A stretch of DNA of 64,000 nucleotides. Source: Deltaproteobacteria bacterium (lineage in GTDB: Bacteria; Desulfobacterota; Syntrophobacteria; BM002). The notes under the pieces were generated by a model. That model was given only the letters and a program-made list of their open reading frames with translations, was not told the DNA's origin and did no database searches. The stretch is taken from NCBI GenBank assembly GCA_020353215.1, contig CP070692.1:139-64138 (forward strand), in the 5' to 3' direction. Position numbers and translations under genes: made by a program. Below are positions 46,289 to 55,897 of this stretch, in pieces. Position 1 is the first letter of the stretch; every line of letters starts with the position of its first letter.

Positions 46289-47294
46289 CGATCGCGGTCC
46301 TCCTCTCCAGATATTGCACGAACATGGACAGGGAAAAGGTCAGCACTAGATAAAGCAAGGCACAGACAAACCAGAGCTCGAAGGGCTGTAAACTGGTGGT
46401 GACCACCTCCCTGGTTGCCTTGGTGAGCTCACGAATGGCAATGATTCCCAGAAGCGACGAGTCTTTAATGAGACTGATGAACTGCCCCGCCAGAGGCGGC
46501 AGAATGCGCCGGAATGCCTGGGGCAAGATGATGTGGCGCATGGCCCGGGGGTATGTCATCCCCAGGGACCGGGCCGCCTCCATCTGCCCCCGGTGGATGG
46601 ACTGGATACCGGCTCGGACGATTTCAGCCACATAGGCGCCGGCGAAAACGGCCAGCGCTGTCACACCGAACCAGAGAGGTGGCAGCTGGCTGAACCCCTT
46701 TTGGGCCAGCATGGCATTGATCATGGTGCCCAGGACAAAGTACCAGATAAAAATCTGCACCAACAGGGGTGAACCCCGGATCAGTTCGATGTAAGTGATT
46801 GCCGACCATCTCAAGGCGGGATTGGAGGAAATCCTGGCCAATCCAGTGAACAGGCCAATCACTATGCCCAGCAACACCCCGATGACACTGACCGCCATGG
46901 TGAGCCAGAGCCCCTGAATGAGAATGCCCACCTTCCACTTCTGATAGGATCCCAGGACATCGCCTGGATAGATAAAATCCCCCTCATCAACTCGCAGCGA
47001 ATCTGCCGGAACGAGATAGACCTCTTCCTCGCCATCCCCGCGGACCGTGACCTCTACCTGGTCACCCTTTGCAACCAGAGATGCTACCTCGCCCTCTATC
47101 TCCGCCCTGGTCTCAATAGTATCTTTATAATAGAAGTACTGTGGTACCCGGTACCAGCGCCACACATACTCCACCCTCTGGGTGGCTACGTAAATGCCGC
47201 CGACAACTGCCCCTACCATCACAAAAAAGAGGATAATGGAGATGTGGCGCCAACCCCGGGTCCGGAGGTAATCAGTTATGGAAAAATTGCTCAT
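46281..47294 (-). CDS. Polar amino-acid ABC transporter permease (HisM/GlnP family) with N-terminal extension
   Basis: The EAA-like loop is [22 protein letters not shown]. The start is placed at MSNFSITDY. It overlaps the ATPase gene by 8 nt. Confidence 0.85.
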   Translation of the reverse strand: MSNFSITDYLRTRGWRHISIILFFVMVGAVVGGIYVATQRVEYVWRWYRVPQYFYYKDTIETRAEIEGEVASLVAKGDQVEVTVRGDGEEEVYLVPADSLRVDEGDFIYPGDVLGSYQKWKVGILIQGLWLTMAVSVIGVLLGIVIGLFTGLARISSNPALRWSAITYIELIRGSPLLVQIFIWYFVLGTMINAMLAQKGFSQLPPLWFGVTALAVFAGAYVAEIVRAGIQSIHRGQMEAARSLGMTYPRAMRHIILPQAFRRILPPLAGQFISLIKDSSLLGIIAIRELTKATREVVTTSLQPFELWFVCALLYLVLTFSLSMFVQYLERRTAIGG

Positions 47295-47407
47295 TGCCAC
47301 GAGCTCATGGAGGTGGGGCCCGGTAGTCAGATAATGACCATCGCGCCCCCCCCGCCTCAATGGACTTTCTGGTTTAAGAATATCAGCGACTTCATTTCAC
47401 TGCCGAC

Positions 47408-48238
47408 CTACTCCTGAATGTCCTGGATCCAGGCCGTACCTTTGATCCACTTGTTGTAGATGCGCTCATAACGGCCGTCGTTTTTCACCTGTCTAAGGAA
47501 GTTGTTGAGCCAGTTCAGAAAATCCGGGTCGCCCTTGTTGATCGCCCAGGCCAGCGGCTCATACGTGAAAGGCTTGTCCAGGAAGACCAGTTTGCCCTTG
47601 CCCTGCTGCGCATTGAAGACCACACAGTATGGCAGGTCGTAGACAAAGGCATCGGCCTTGCCGTTGACCACCTCCAGGGCGGCCTCCGGTTCGGTCTCGA
47701 AGGACTTATAATTGCACTTGGGTATGAGCCGTTTTACTGCCTGCTCGCCGGTGGTACCCAGTTTGGAAGTTACGATGTACTTAGGGTTGTTCAAATCTTT
47801 ATAGGACTTGATCTTGCCCTCGTGCTTCTTGGCCAGCAAGATGGCCTGCCCGATTACAATATAGGGATCGGCGAAGTTAATCTTCAGATTGCGCTCCTGG
47901 GTGACGGTCATACCGCTCATGATTATGTCAAACTTGTTGGTGTTCAGAGCCGGGATGATACCATCCCAGGCGGTGTTGATCTGTTTCAACTTTACGTCCA
48001 TGGCCTTGGCCATCTCTTTGGCCATGTCCATGTCGAACCCGACAAACCTGCCCTTCTTGTCAGTCATCTCAAAGGGCATGTACCCCGCCTCAAAGCCGAC
48101 CCGGAGCTCACCCCGTTTCAAAATGGTCTCCAACGTGGACTTTTTGGCCAAGTCGATATCAGCCGCCAAAACCTGAACCTGCAAAACACCTAAAAGAAGT
48201 GCTGCGACGACTGCCAAAACAACTGCGAACCTTTTCAT
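47408..48238 (-). CDS. Amino-acid ABC transporter substrate-binding protein (family 3 SBP)
   Basis: Signal peptide MKRFAVVLAVVAALLLG (start 48238), then RVGFEAGYMPFE...FDIIMSGMT... Confidence 0.88.
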   Translation of the reverse strand: MKRFAVVLAVVAALLLGVLQVQVLAADIDLAKKSTLETILKRGELRVGFEAGYMPFEMTDKKGRFVGFDMDMAKEMAKAMDVKLKQINTAWDGIIPALNTNKFDIIMSGMTVTQERNLKINFADPYIVIGQAILLAKKHEGKIKSYKDLNNPKYIVTSKLGTTGEQAVKRLIPKCNYKSFETEPEAALEVVNGKADAFVYDLPYCVVFNAQQGKGKLVFLDKPFTYEPLAWAINKGDPDFLNWLNNFLRQVKNDGRYERIYNKWIKGTAWIQDIQE

Positions 48239-48311
48239 GTCATCCTCCTTTCTCAACTGCGTCGGCAAAAATGGCTGTCTGATTACTCCTTCCAACCTCT
48301 TCCAGGCAAAC

Positions 48312-48473
48312 TCAGTATGATTTGCCCTCATCCAAAAGCTCTTCAATGTTCATTTGGATCCTGCAATCGGGACACTTGGGGATCTCTTCCTGGGGGATAT
48401 ATACGATTTGCGTTCGTTTACATTTGGGGCACTTTACCTGGACGGGCTCTCTTTTGTCTCGCATGGCTGACAT
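48312..48473 (-). CDS. Small zinc-ribbon protein
   Basis: CPKC-x18-CPDC. The start is uncertain: ATG 48473 or ATG 48464, the latter having AAGGA 9 nt upstream. Confidence 0.45.
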   Translation of the reverse strand: MSAMRDKREPVQVKCPKCKRTQIVYIPQEEIPKCPDCRIQMNIEELLDEGKSY

Positions 48474-48697
48474 TCCTTCTTCTGCACCTATTACCACAAG
48501 GTGAAGAGTAGAACAAGAAAGAAAATGGACCGATTAACTCACAGGCGAGATCTTGCCGGCTTTCTTTCCCAGATTTTGAAATGAGGAAAACTTGATTGGG
48601 CTCATTGGTTTTCGCCACATCAAGGCGAGGACCAGAACGAACTATAAACTGACGTAACCAATAACAATAGCAAAAACACTGGCGTGAAATCCCATTG

Positions 48698-48988
48698 CTA
48701 TTTGGCGAGAAGCTGGTGAACTTCGGATGCAGAGATTCCCCTAATGACAATACATTTCACTCTGGAAGTGGCACCCGTGTGTATGATCAGTTGATTGCGG
48801 GGAACCTTGAGTTTCTTGGCTAGAAATCTGAGCAAGTGTTTGTTGGCCGCCCCACCCACGGGCGGCGAAGTAATCCTAATCTTGAGGGCTTTACCGTGCA
48901 AACCGACCACCTCATCCCGAGACGAACGCGTCTGCACCTGTACTCTGAGGGTTACCCCTTGTTCGCTTTCGCTCACATAGGAAGACAT
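48698..48988 (-). CDS. YggU/DUF167 family protein
   Basis: L.V.VQTRSSRDEVVG.HG.ALKIRITSPPVGGAANKHL..FLAK.L.V is the DUF167 pattern. Confidence 0.8.
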   Translation of the reverse strand: MSSYVSESEQGVTLRVQVQTRSSRDEVVGLHGKALKIRITSPPVGGAANKHLLRFLAKKLKVPRNQLIIHTGATSRVKCIVIRGISASEVHQLLAK

Positions 48989-49014
48989 ACTGAAGCCCCA
49001 TCATTTACTGTCTA

Positions 49015-49878
49015 CTAGCTGGAATCCGGCCACAGTCGCATGTTATCAATCAGCCTGGCCTGCCCCACAAAGACGGCCATAGCCATCACCGCGGCCGGTG
49101 TTACTGCGGTGAGGTCGGTCATGGTCTCCTCGTCAACCACCTGAAGGTACTGAATGCGGGTGTGCGGCTCAGCTTCGATCATCATCTCGGCTCGTTGCAC
49201 CAAAACATCCGCCCTCAGCTCACCTTCAGCCACCATCTTGCGAGCCTCCAGCAGAGAGAGCGATAGTGATAGGGCCGAGCGTCGTTCTTCTTCTGAGAGA
49301 TAAGTGTTGCGGCTGCTCATGGCCAGACCATCAGATTCACGAACTGTGGGGTGAGCGATGACTTCCACCCCCAGGTTCAGATCCTTGCTAAGTCTCCTGA
49401 CCACGACAAGCTGTTGGAAGTCCTTTTCTCCGAAAAACGCCAAATGGGGGCGGACCAAACAAAAAAGTTTGGTGACCACCAGAGTGACACCGGAAAAAAA
49501 ATCTGACCTGTACAGACCGCAAAGATGCTGGGTTAAATGCTGCACCTCCACTCGAGTCTGGAATCCTGGCGGGTACATCTCTTCCACTGCAGGAGCAAAG
49601 ACGACGTGGACCCCAAGTTCATGGCAGAGCTTCAGGTCGCGATCCAAATCACGAGGATACTGTTCCAGATCTTCGCCAGGACTGAACTGGGTCGGATTAA
49701 CAAATATGCTGACCACCACCTGCTCGGAACGCCGCATCGCCTCTTCCATAAGGGCAAGGTGTCCCCGATGCAGAAAACCCATGGTGGGCACAAACCCAAT
49801 AGTCTTGCCTTCACGCCAGCGCTCATCTCGCCACTTATTTATCTCGGCATTGGTTCTAAATAGTTCCATTAAGGGCAA
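49015..49878 (-). CDS. panC: Pantoate--beta-alanine ligase
   Basis: GFVPTMGFLHRGHLALM, SIFVNPTQF, FGEKDFQQ. Confidence 0.92.
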   Translation of the reverse strand: MPLMELFRTNAEINKWRDERWREGKTIGFVPTMGFLHRGHLALMEEAMRRSEQVVVSIFVNPTQFSPGEDLEQYPRDLDRDLKLCHELGVHVVFAPAVEEMYPPGFQTRVEVQHLTQHLCGLYRSDFFSGVTLVVTKLFCLVRPHLAFFGEKDFQQLVVVRRLSKDLNLGVEVIAHPTVRESDGLAMSSRNTYLSEEERRSALSLSLSLLEARKMVAEGELRADVLVQRAEMMIEAEPHTRIQYLQVVDEETMTDLTAVTPAAVMAMAVFVGQARLIDNMRLWPDSS

Positions 49879-50023
49879 CTCCTAGGCAACGACTCCAGTT
49901 CTTTGGCAACATAACCAACAGAAGTCGCTGCCCTCAAAGGGACAGGCCGACTTGAACCAAATGGGGGGCATTGATCTGATTGAGAAAGGAGAAGCAAAGG
50001 TAAGTGCGAACCGAACGGATCGA

Positions 50024-50527
50024 TCAGGGTTTTTTGAAGAATTTCAACTTGCTTTCCAGGTCTTCGGCCTCGGCTTCCTCTTCCTTGTGCATGTCCAACA
50101 TCTTCTGATAAGTTTCGATGGTAGCACGTAGTTTCAGCTCGAATTGCGTGCGCTGTCTCTTGAGTTCAGCTATATCCTCGTGAATCTGGGCCAATCGGTT
50201 GTGGGCATTGTTGAGAATGCGCTCTGCTCTGACCTCAGCCTCGGAGACCATGAGCTTTGACTCTTTCTCAGCATTTACCTTCATCTGCTCCACCGCCTTC
50301 TGCGCAGTTACCAGCGTGTTTTTCAGCGTCTGTTCGCGCTCACGGTGTTCATTGAGTTGCCGATTCTTTTCATCCAGATCCCGCTTCAACTCATCTATCG
50401 TCTTAAGCAATGCACTCATCTGGTCCGCAACTTTTTGCAGGAACGATTCCACCTCCTTGGCGTCCAGGCCTCTAAAAAACCTGATGCGAAACTGTTTCTG
50501 CTGGATCTCCAGGGGGCTCAATAACAT
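50024..50527 (-). CDS. DivIVA-domain protein
   Basis: LSPLEIQQKQFRIRFFRGLDAKEVESFL is followed by a long coiled coil. Confidence 0.85.
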   Translation of the reverse strand: MLLSPLEIQQKQFRIRFFRGLDAKEVESFLQKVADQMSALLKTIDELKRDLDEKNRQLNEHREREQTLKNTLVTAQKAVEQMKVNAEKESKLMVSEAEVRAERILNNAHNRLAQIHEDIAELKRQRTQFELKLRATIETYQKMLDMHKEEEAEAEDLESKLKFFKKP

Positions 50528-50577
50528 CTGTTTCTCCTTTTCTCAGGCTGCAAAGGGTGAGGGATAAAAGTCGAGGG

Positions 50578-50880
50578 TCAATGTACCACGTGTCCGGCCA
50601 GATCGTGGAGCGAGGCAACAACGAATCGTTGTAGAAACAGGATGGCGAGAATCACAATTATGGGCGAAAAATCGATACCACCAAAAGAGAGAGGCAAGCG
50701 TCGTCTGATCGCTAGAAGTACAGGATCTGTGATGCTGTAAAGAAACCGAACAATCGGATTGTAGGGATCCGGATTGACCCAGGATATTACCGCTCTGGCA
50801 ATGATGACCCACATGTAGAGATTGAGAACTAAACCGATAACGGTGGCCAGCGCAGTTAACAGATTGCCTACTACAAACAT
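50578..50880 (-). CDS. YggT family membrane protein
   Basis: 100 aa with the YggT pattern (ARAVISWVNPDPYNPI..FLYSITDP.L.PIRR). Confidence 0.85.
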   Translation of the reverse strand: MFVVGNLLTALATVIGLVLNLYMWVIIARAVISWVNPDPYNPIVRFLYSITDPVLLAIRRRLPLSFGGIDFSPIIVILAILFLQRFVVASLHDLAGHVVH

Positions 50881-51286
50881 TTATATTTCCTTTCTGCCTT
50901 CTACTTGTGCAGCTGCAACACTACCTAGATTCTCCAGGTATGTCAAGGAGAATTCCCTTATTTTCAAGAAGATAAAGTCCGGATTCCTGGTTGACTGCGA
51001 GGACTGCATTGACATTTTTCCAGCCTTCTCCAATAATGACAAATTGTGTTGGTAGTTGTCATTTGTTTGGTGACAGATTTGTCATCAACCTATCGTTGTT
51101 TTATCACTAGGCGTCTGTAATTGACCTTTCCACCTTTGTCATTTACCACAAGTCGCAGCCCGAAACCTGCAACTGCGAGAGTTCAATACCAATCCGCCGT
51201 GTAGTGGCCTTCCACTAGACGGCACGAGGCCGAAGCTCGTAAATGCAATTGAAGACGGGACTCTTGATTGGAACGAGGAGATTTTT

Positions 51287-52102
51287 ATGGTGGCATCCAA
51301 GAAAATTGGCTTCGTCGGTGGCGGAAACATGGGTGAGGCACTCATCAAGGGACTGCTGAGTTCCGGACGCTTGCAAGCAGACCAGATCAGGGTCAGTGAC
51401 GTCAGGCAGGATCGACTCCGCTTTCTGCAGGACACGTATCAGGTTCTGACCGTGCCAGACAATGCTGAACTGACCAGAGAAGTGGACGTAATCGTCATCG
51501 CTGTTAAACCCCAGCAAATGGCGGATGTGGTTGCCGACATAAGCGGTAACCTGGAGCACCTGCCCCTGCTGATCTCTATCGCCGCTGGGGTGCCGCTGGC
51601 CATTATCGAACGGGGAATCGGTGAGCCGGTGCCCGTGGTCCGGGTAATGCCCAATACGCCTGCATTGGTCTTGGCGGGCGTATCTGCCATTGCCGGCGGA
51701 ACCCACGCCAATGAAGACCATCTGGCAATTGTTCGGCTGCTCTTTGAGGCAGTTGGTCAGGTTGTGGAGGTGAATGAAGCGAATATGGATGCGGTCACCG
51801 GCTTAAGCGGCAGCGGTCCCGCCTACGTTCTCCTCTTCATCGAGGCTCTGATGGATGCTGGAGTCTTGACGGGACTATCGCGCCAGGTGGCAAGGGAGCT
51901 GGCTGTGCACACAACCCTAGGAGCAGCTAAACTCTTAGCCGAGGGTGATGCACATCCGGCTGCTTTGAAAGACCAGATCACCTCCCCGGGCGGTACGACC
52001 ATTCACGGCCTAGCGGTCCTAGAGCGCGCAGGAATGAGGGGGATGGTGATGGAGGCGGTGGCTGCAGCTACCCAACGGTCCATGGAACTCGGGAAGAAGT
52101 AA
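51287..52102 (+). CDS. proC: Pyrroline-5-carboxylate reductase
   Basis: KIGFVGGGNMGEALIKGL, RVMPNTPA, SPGGTT. Confidence 0.92.
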   Translation: MVASKKIGFVGGGNMGEALIKGLLSSGRLQADQIRVSDVRQDRLRFLQDTYQVLTVPDNAELTREVDVIVIAVKPQQMADVVADISGNLEHLPLLISIAAGVPLAIIERGIGEPVPVVRVMPNTPALVLAGVSAIAGGTHANEDHLAIVRLLFEAVGQVVEVNEANMDAVTGLSGSGPAYVLLFIEALMDAGVLTGLSRQVARELAVHTTLGAAKLLAEGDAHPAALKDQITSPGGTTIHGLAVLERAGMRGMVMEAVAAATQRSMELGKK

Positions 52103-52126
52103 CCACAGACGACGGATACCGGGCGA

Positions 52127-52963
52127 TTAGGCCGTCTCAATTTCCATACTTATATCAACCGCACGGGCAGAATGGGTCAAGGCCCCCACCGAAATCAGAT
52201 CAACACCGGTTGCAGCAACCTCTCCGATATTGTCCAAGGTTATTCCTCCCGAGGCCTCGACCAGGACCTGGCCATCAACTCGTTTCACCGCCTCTGCAAT
52301 GGTTTCAAGATTCATGTTGTCCAGCAATACGGCATCGATACCCGCAGCGAGGGCCTCGTCCAACTGGTCCAGGGTTTCAACCTCCACTTCTACCATGAGA
52401 GTATGCGGTTTACACGTTCTTGCGGCCAACACGGCCTGTTGAATGCCTCCAGCCGCAATAATGTGGTTGTCTTTGATGAGTACGCCATCGTAGAGTCCAA
52501 AACGGTGGTTGTAGCCTCCACCAGCACGTACTGCCTCCTTTTCCAGGAAACGCCAGACAGGGGTAGTCTTCCGTGTGTCCAAGATCCGAGTACGGGTGCC
52601 AGACAACTTGTCCACATAAGTCCGGGTTAGGGTTGCGATTCCAGACAGTCTCTGGAGAAAATTGAGGGCGGTTCGCTCGGCCATGAGTATGGCGGCCAAA
52701 CTTCCGGTTACTTCTAGCAGCGACTGCCCAGGCTTCGCAAGATCGCCATCCTGCAAAGAAGATGCGACCTCCAGAAGGCTATTTGCAGTCCAGAAGACCT
52801 GTTTGGCAACAGCAATACCGGCAAGAATCAGCGACTCACGGGCGACAATACGTCCTTTTCCAACGGCGCTTGAGGGCACGGTGCACAAAGTGGTAATATC
52901 ACCACTACCTACGTCCTCTGCTAAGGCTCTGCGGATCAACGATTCTAGTTCAGCAGGGAGCAA
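52127..52963 (-). CDS. nadC: Nicotinate-nucleotide pyrophosphorylase (carboxylating)
   Basis: EDVGSGDITT, ERTALNFLQRLSGIAT, DTRKTTP, KDNHI, EASGGI. Confidence 0.92.
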   Translation of the reverse strand: MLPAELESLIRRALAEDVGSGDITTLCTVPSSAVGKGRIVARESLILAGIAVAKQVFWTANSLLEVASSLQDGDLAKPGQSLLEVTGSLAAILMAERTALNFLQRLSGIATLTRTYVDKLSGTRTRILDTRKTTPVWRFLEKEAVRAGGGYNHRFGLYDGVLIKDNHIIAAGGIQQAVLAARTCKPHTLMVEVEVETLDQLDEALAAGIDAVLLDNMNLETIAEAVKRVDGQVLVEASGGITLDNIGEVAATGVDLISVGALTHSARAVDISMEIETA

Positions 52964-52966
52964 GCC

Positions 52967-55621
52967 TTACTCCTCGGTGACAAGTTGTTCAAGTCTCTTA
53001 AGCTGTGTACTGAGCTTATTCAGTTTGCCATCCAGACGCTCTGATTTGTCCTTTTGCTTGGCAACAATGTCCGCCGGCGCTCGGGTAAGGAATTCTTCAT
53101 TGGCAAGTTTCTTCTTTGTACGTTCCAGTTCAGGCTCTAACTTGCTGATCTCTTTCTGCAGACGTCTGGTTTCCTCCTTGAAGTCAAGGAGGCCCTCCAG
53201 CGGCACAAAAAGCTCAAGCTCACCAACCACAGCCGAGGCCGCCATGCGCGGCCGTTTCTGATCTCGTCGGAACTCCAAAGCTGAGAGCTTGGCAAGATCA
53301 TTCACGTAGTGGGCCTGATCCCTCAGCAGTTCGGTTAGCCTGTGTGGGCCAAGTACTATTGCCTCCACTTTTGCTGCAGGGGCAATGTTCATCTCGCCTC
53401 GGATATTCCGAATAGCGGTGGTCACATTCATGAGCACCGCCATCTCTTCTTCAGCCTGAGTATCCTCCAGAGATGGGTCGCGTTCAGGAAATTGCGCGGT
53501 CGTGATACTTCCGTCGGTGTTCGGCAGGTGACACCATAACTCCTCGGTGACAAAAGGCATGATTGGATGAAGCAAACGAAGAAGGACAGAGAGCGAGTGG
53601 ACGAGAAACTGCTGGGTTTCCGTGCGTTCCTTCTCGTTGTCGCCATAGAGAACGGGCTTGATCAATTCGAGATACCAGTCACAGAATTCGTGCCAGGCAA
53701 ACTGGTAGCATACGCCAGCAGCCTCGTTGAAATGATAGGAGTCAAGAGCTCCTGTCACCCGCATTATAATTTTCTGTAATCGACTGAGTACCCACCGGTC
53801 CGCCAATCGTTGCGGTCGTGGCAATGGGGCATCTAATGCCGCTCCTGCGACATTCATCAGAGTGAAACGGCTGGCGTTCCAGAGTTTGTTGACAAAGTGT
53901 CTATAACCCTCAATCCGATCTTCTGACAAACGTACGTCTCTTCCCTGCGCCGCAAAAGCGGCCAAGGTAAAGCGGAAGGCATCCGTGCCGTACTGGTCCA
54001 TGATCACTAGAGGGTCGATTACATTCCCTTTGGACTTGCTCATCTTTAGGCCCTCGGCATCCCTCACAAGGGCGTGAATGTAAACATCCCGAAATGGCAC
54101 TTCTTTCATAAAGTGTAGACCCATCATCATCATCCGTGCCACCCAGAAAAAGAGAATGTCGAATCCAGTGACCAGTACAGAAGTGGGGTAGAAGTGCTCC
54201 AGATCGAGAGTCTTATCCGGCCATCCCATTGTGGAAAAAGGCCAAAGCGCCGAACTGAACCAAGTATCAAGCACATCCTTATCTTGAACCAAACTACTAC
54301 TCCCACATTGGTTGCACCGCCGGGGTTCGTCCATGGCGACAATAACCTCGTCGCAGTCCTCGCAGTACCAGGCAGGAATCCTGTGCCCCCACCAAATTTG
54401 CCGGGAGATGCACCAGTCTTCAATGTTTTCCAGCCAGTCAAAGTAATTTTTCTCCCACACACTGGGTATTATCCGAGTACTACCATTACGCACCGCTGCA
54501 ATCGAGGCTTCAGCCAGCTGTTTTACCGCCACGAACCACTGCTTTGACAGCATGGGTTCGATGATTGTCTTGCACCTGTAGCAGTGGCCTACCCGATGCT
54601 GGTAATCTTCGACCTTGATAAGAAACCCCTTTTCCTTGAGATCACCGACGATCTTCTCCCTGCAGGCCTCACGATCCAGCCCAGCGTAGGGACCGGCTTC
54701 CCGGTTCATCACTCCCTGCTCGTCCATTACACTAAGTGGGAATAAGCCGTGTCTCTGGCCGATCTCAAAGTCGTACGGATCGTGGGCTGGCGTTACTTTC
54801 AAGGCACCGGTGCCAAAGTCCTGATCAACATGCTCATCTGCAATCACTGGCAGTTCGCGATTTACCAAGGGCAGCCTTACCTTCTTTCCGACCAAATGCC
54901 GATAGCGTTCATCCGCCGGGTGCACGGCCATACCGGTGTCCCCCAGCATCGTCTCCGGGCGCGTTGTAGCCACAGTGACGCTGCCGGTTCCGTCGACCAG
55001 GTCGTAACGTACGTGGTAAAGGTTGCTCGCTCGGCCTTCGGCTTCTACTTCTAGGTTGGCCAATGCAGTCATACAGCGTGGACACCAGTTGATGATCCGA
55101 TGTCCCCGATAAATAAGCCCCTCATGGTAGAGGGAAACGAAGACTTGTCGCACAGCTCCCGACAGGCCTTCATCCATGGTGAAGCGCTCTCGACTCCAGT
55201 CGCAACTAGCCCCAAGCCTCTTGAGCTGATTAATAATTTTTCCACCGTACAGGCGGCGCCATTCCCAGACTCTGGCAATGAACTTCTCCCGCCCCAAACG
55301 GTGGCGATTTAAACCTTCTTCTCCAAGCTGACGCTCCACCACGTTTTGAGTGGCAATGCCAGCATGGTCGGTCCCGGGCATCCACAGGACATTGTGTCCC
55401 GTCATTCTCTTATAACGGCAGAGGACGTCCTGGAGAGTATTGTTGAGAGCGTGTCCCATATGCAAATCACCGGTCACATTTGGGGGGGGTATGACGATGG
55501 AAAAGGTCGGTGCCGGGCTCTTTTCGGTGGCACGAAACAGTTCGTGTTCCTCCCAATAGCGATACCATCTCGCCTCAACCTCCGCTGGCTCGTACGCTTT
55601 GGGCAAAACTGGGTTGTTCAT
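52967..55621 (-). CDS. valS: Valine--tRNA ligase
   Basis: PPPNVTGDLHMGHA (HIGH), KMSKSKGN (KMSKS) and a C-terminal coiled coil. The start is taken at MNNPVLPKAYEP. Confidence 0.95.
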   Translation of the reverse strand: MNNPVLPKAYEPAEVEARWYRYWEEHELFRATEKSPAPTFSIVIPPPNVTGDLHMGHALNNTLQDVLCRYKRMTGHNVLWMPGTDHAGIATQNVVERQLGEEGLNRHRLGREKFIARVWEWRRLYGGKIINQLKRLGASCDWSRERFTMDEGLSGAVRQVFVSLYHEGLIYRGHRIINWCPRCMTALANLEVEAEGRASNLYHVRYDLVDGTGSVTVATTRPETMLGDTGMAVHPADERYRHLVGKKVRLPLVNRELPVIADEHVDQDFGTGALKVTPAHDPYDFEIGQRHGLFPLSVMDEQGVMNREAGPYAGLDREACREKIVGDLKEKGFLIKVEDYQHRVGHCYRCKTIIEPMLSKQWFVAVKQLAEASIAAVRNGSTRIIPSVWEKNYFDWLENIEDWCISRQIWWGHRIPAWYCEDCDEVIVAMDEPRRCNQCGSSSLVQDKDVLDTWFSSALWPFSTMGWPDKTLDLEHFYPTSVLVTGFDILFFWVARMMMMGLHFMKEVPFRDVYIHALVRDAEGLKMSKSKGNVIDPLVIMDQYGTDAFRFTLAAFAAQGRDVRLSEDRIEGYRHFVNKLWNASRFTLMNVAGAALDAPLPRPQRLADRWVLSRLQKIIMRVTGALDSYHFNEAAGVCYQFAWHEFCDWYLELIKPVLYGDNEKERTETQQFLVHSLSVLLRLLHPIMPFVTEELWCHLPNTDGSITTAQFPERDPSLEDTQAEEEMAVLMNVTTAIRNIRGEMNIAPAAKVEAIVLGPHRLTELLRDQAHYVNDLAKLSALEFRRDQKRPRMAASAVVGELELFVPLEGLLDFKEETRRLQKEISKLEPELERTKKKLANEEFLTRAPADIVAKQKDKSERLDGKLNKLSTQLKRLEQLVTEE

Positions 55622-55814
55622 CGTATAATTCCTTACAAGAGGTCTATAGCTTATCACTCGTGATCAGTAGTCAATTAAGACATTAATCCTCGTCCATTTG
55701 AGACGGATCAGATGATCCAAACCACAGTTCTCAGACAGCACTAGGTGACCGTATCCTACTGCTGAGAGTTGGTAGACAACAACCATGAGACTATCAACTA
55801 CGGATAACAGATGT

Positions 55815-55860
55815 CAAAAATGCAGAAAAGAAAATGGGGATTATCCCAATAACCCCCATT
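55815..55860 (-). terminator. Rho-independent terminator of the acidic-repeat gene
   Basis: The minus strand reads AATGGGGGTTAT-TGGG-ATAATCCCCATT (11/12-bp stem) followed by TTCTTTTCTGCATTTTT. Confidence 0.55.
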
Positions 55861-55897
55861 GGTAACCCGCAACGTTTGCGGCGTGCAATCACTTCCT

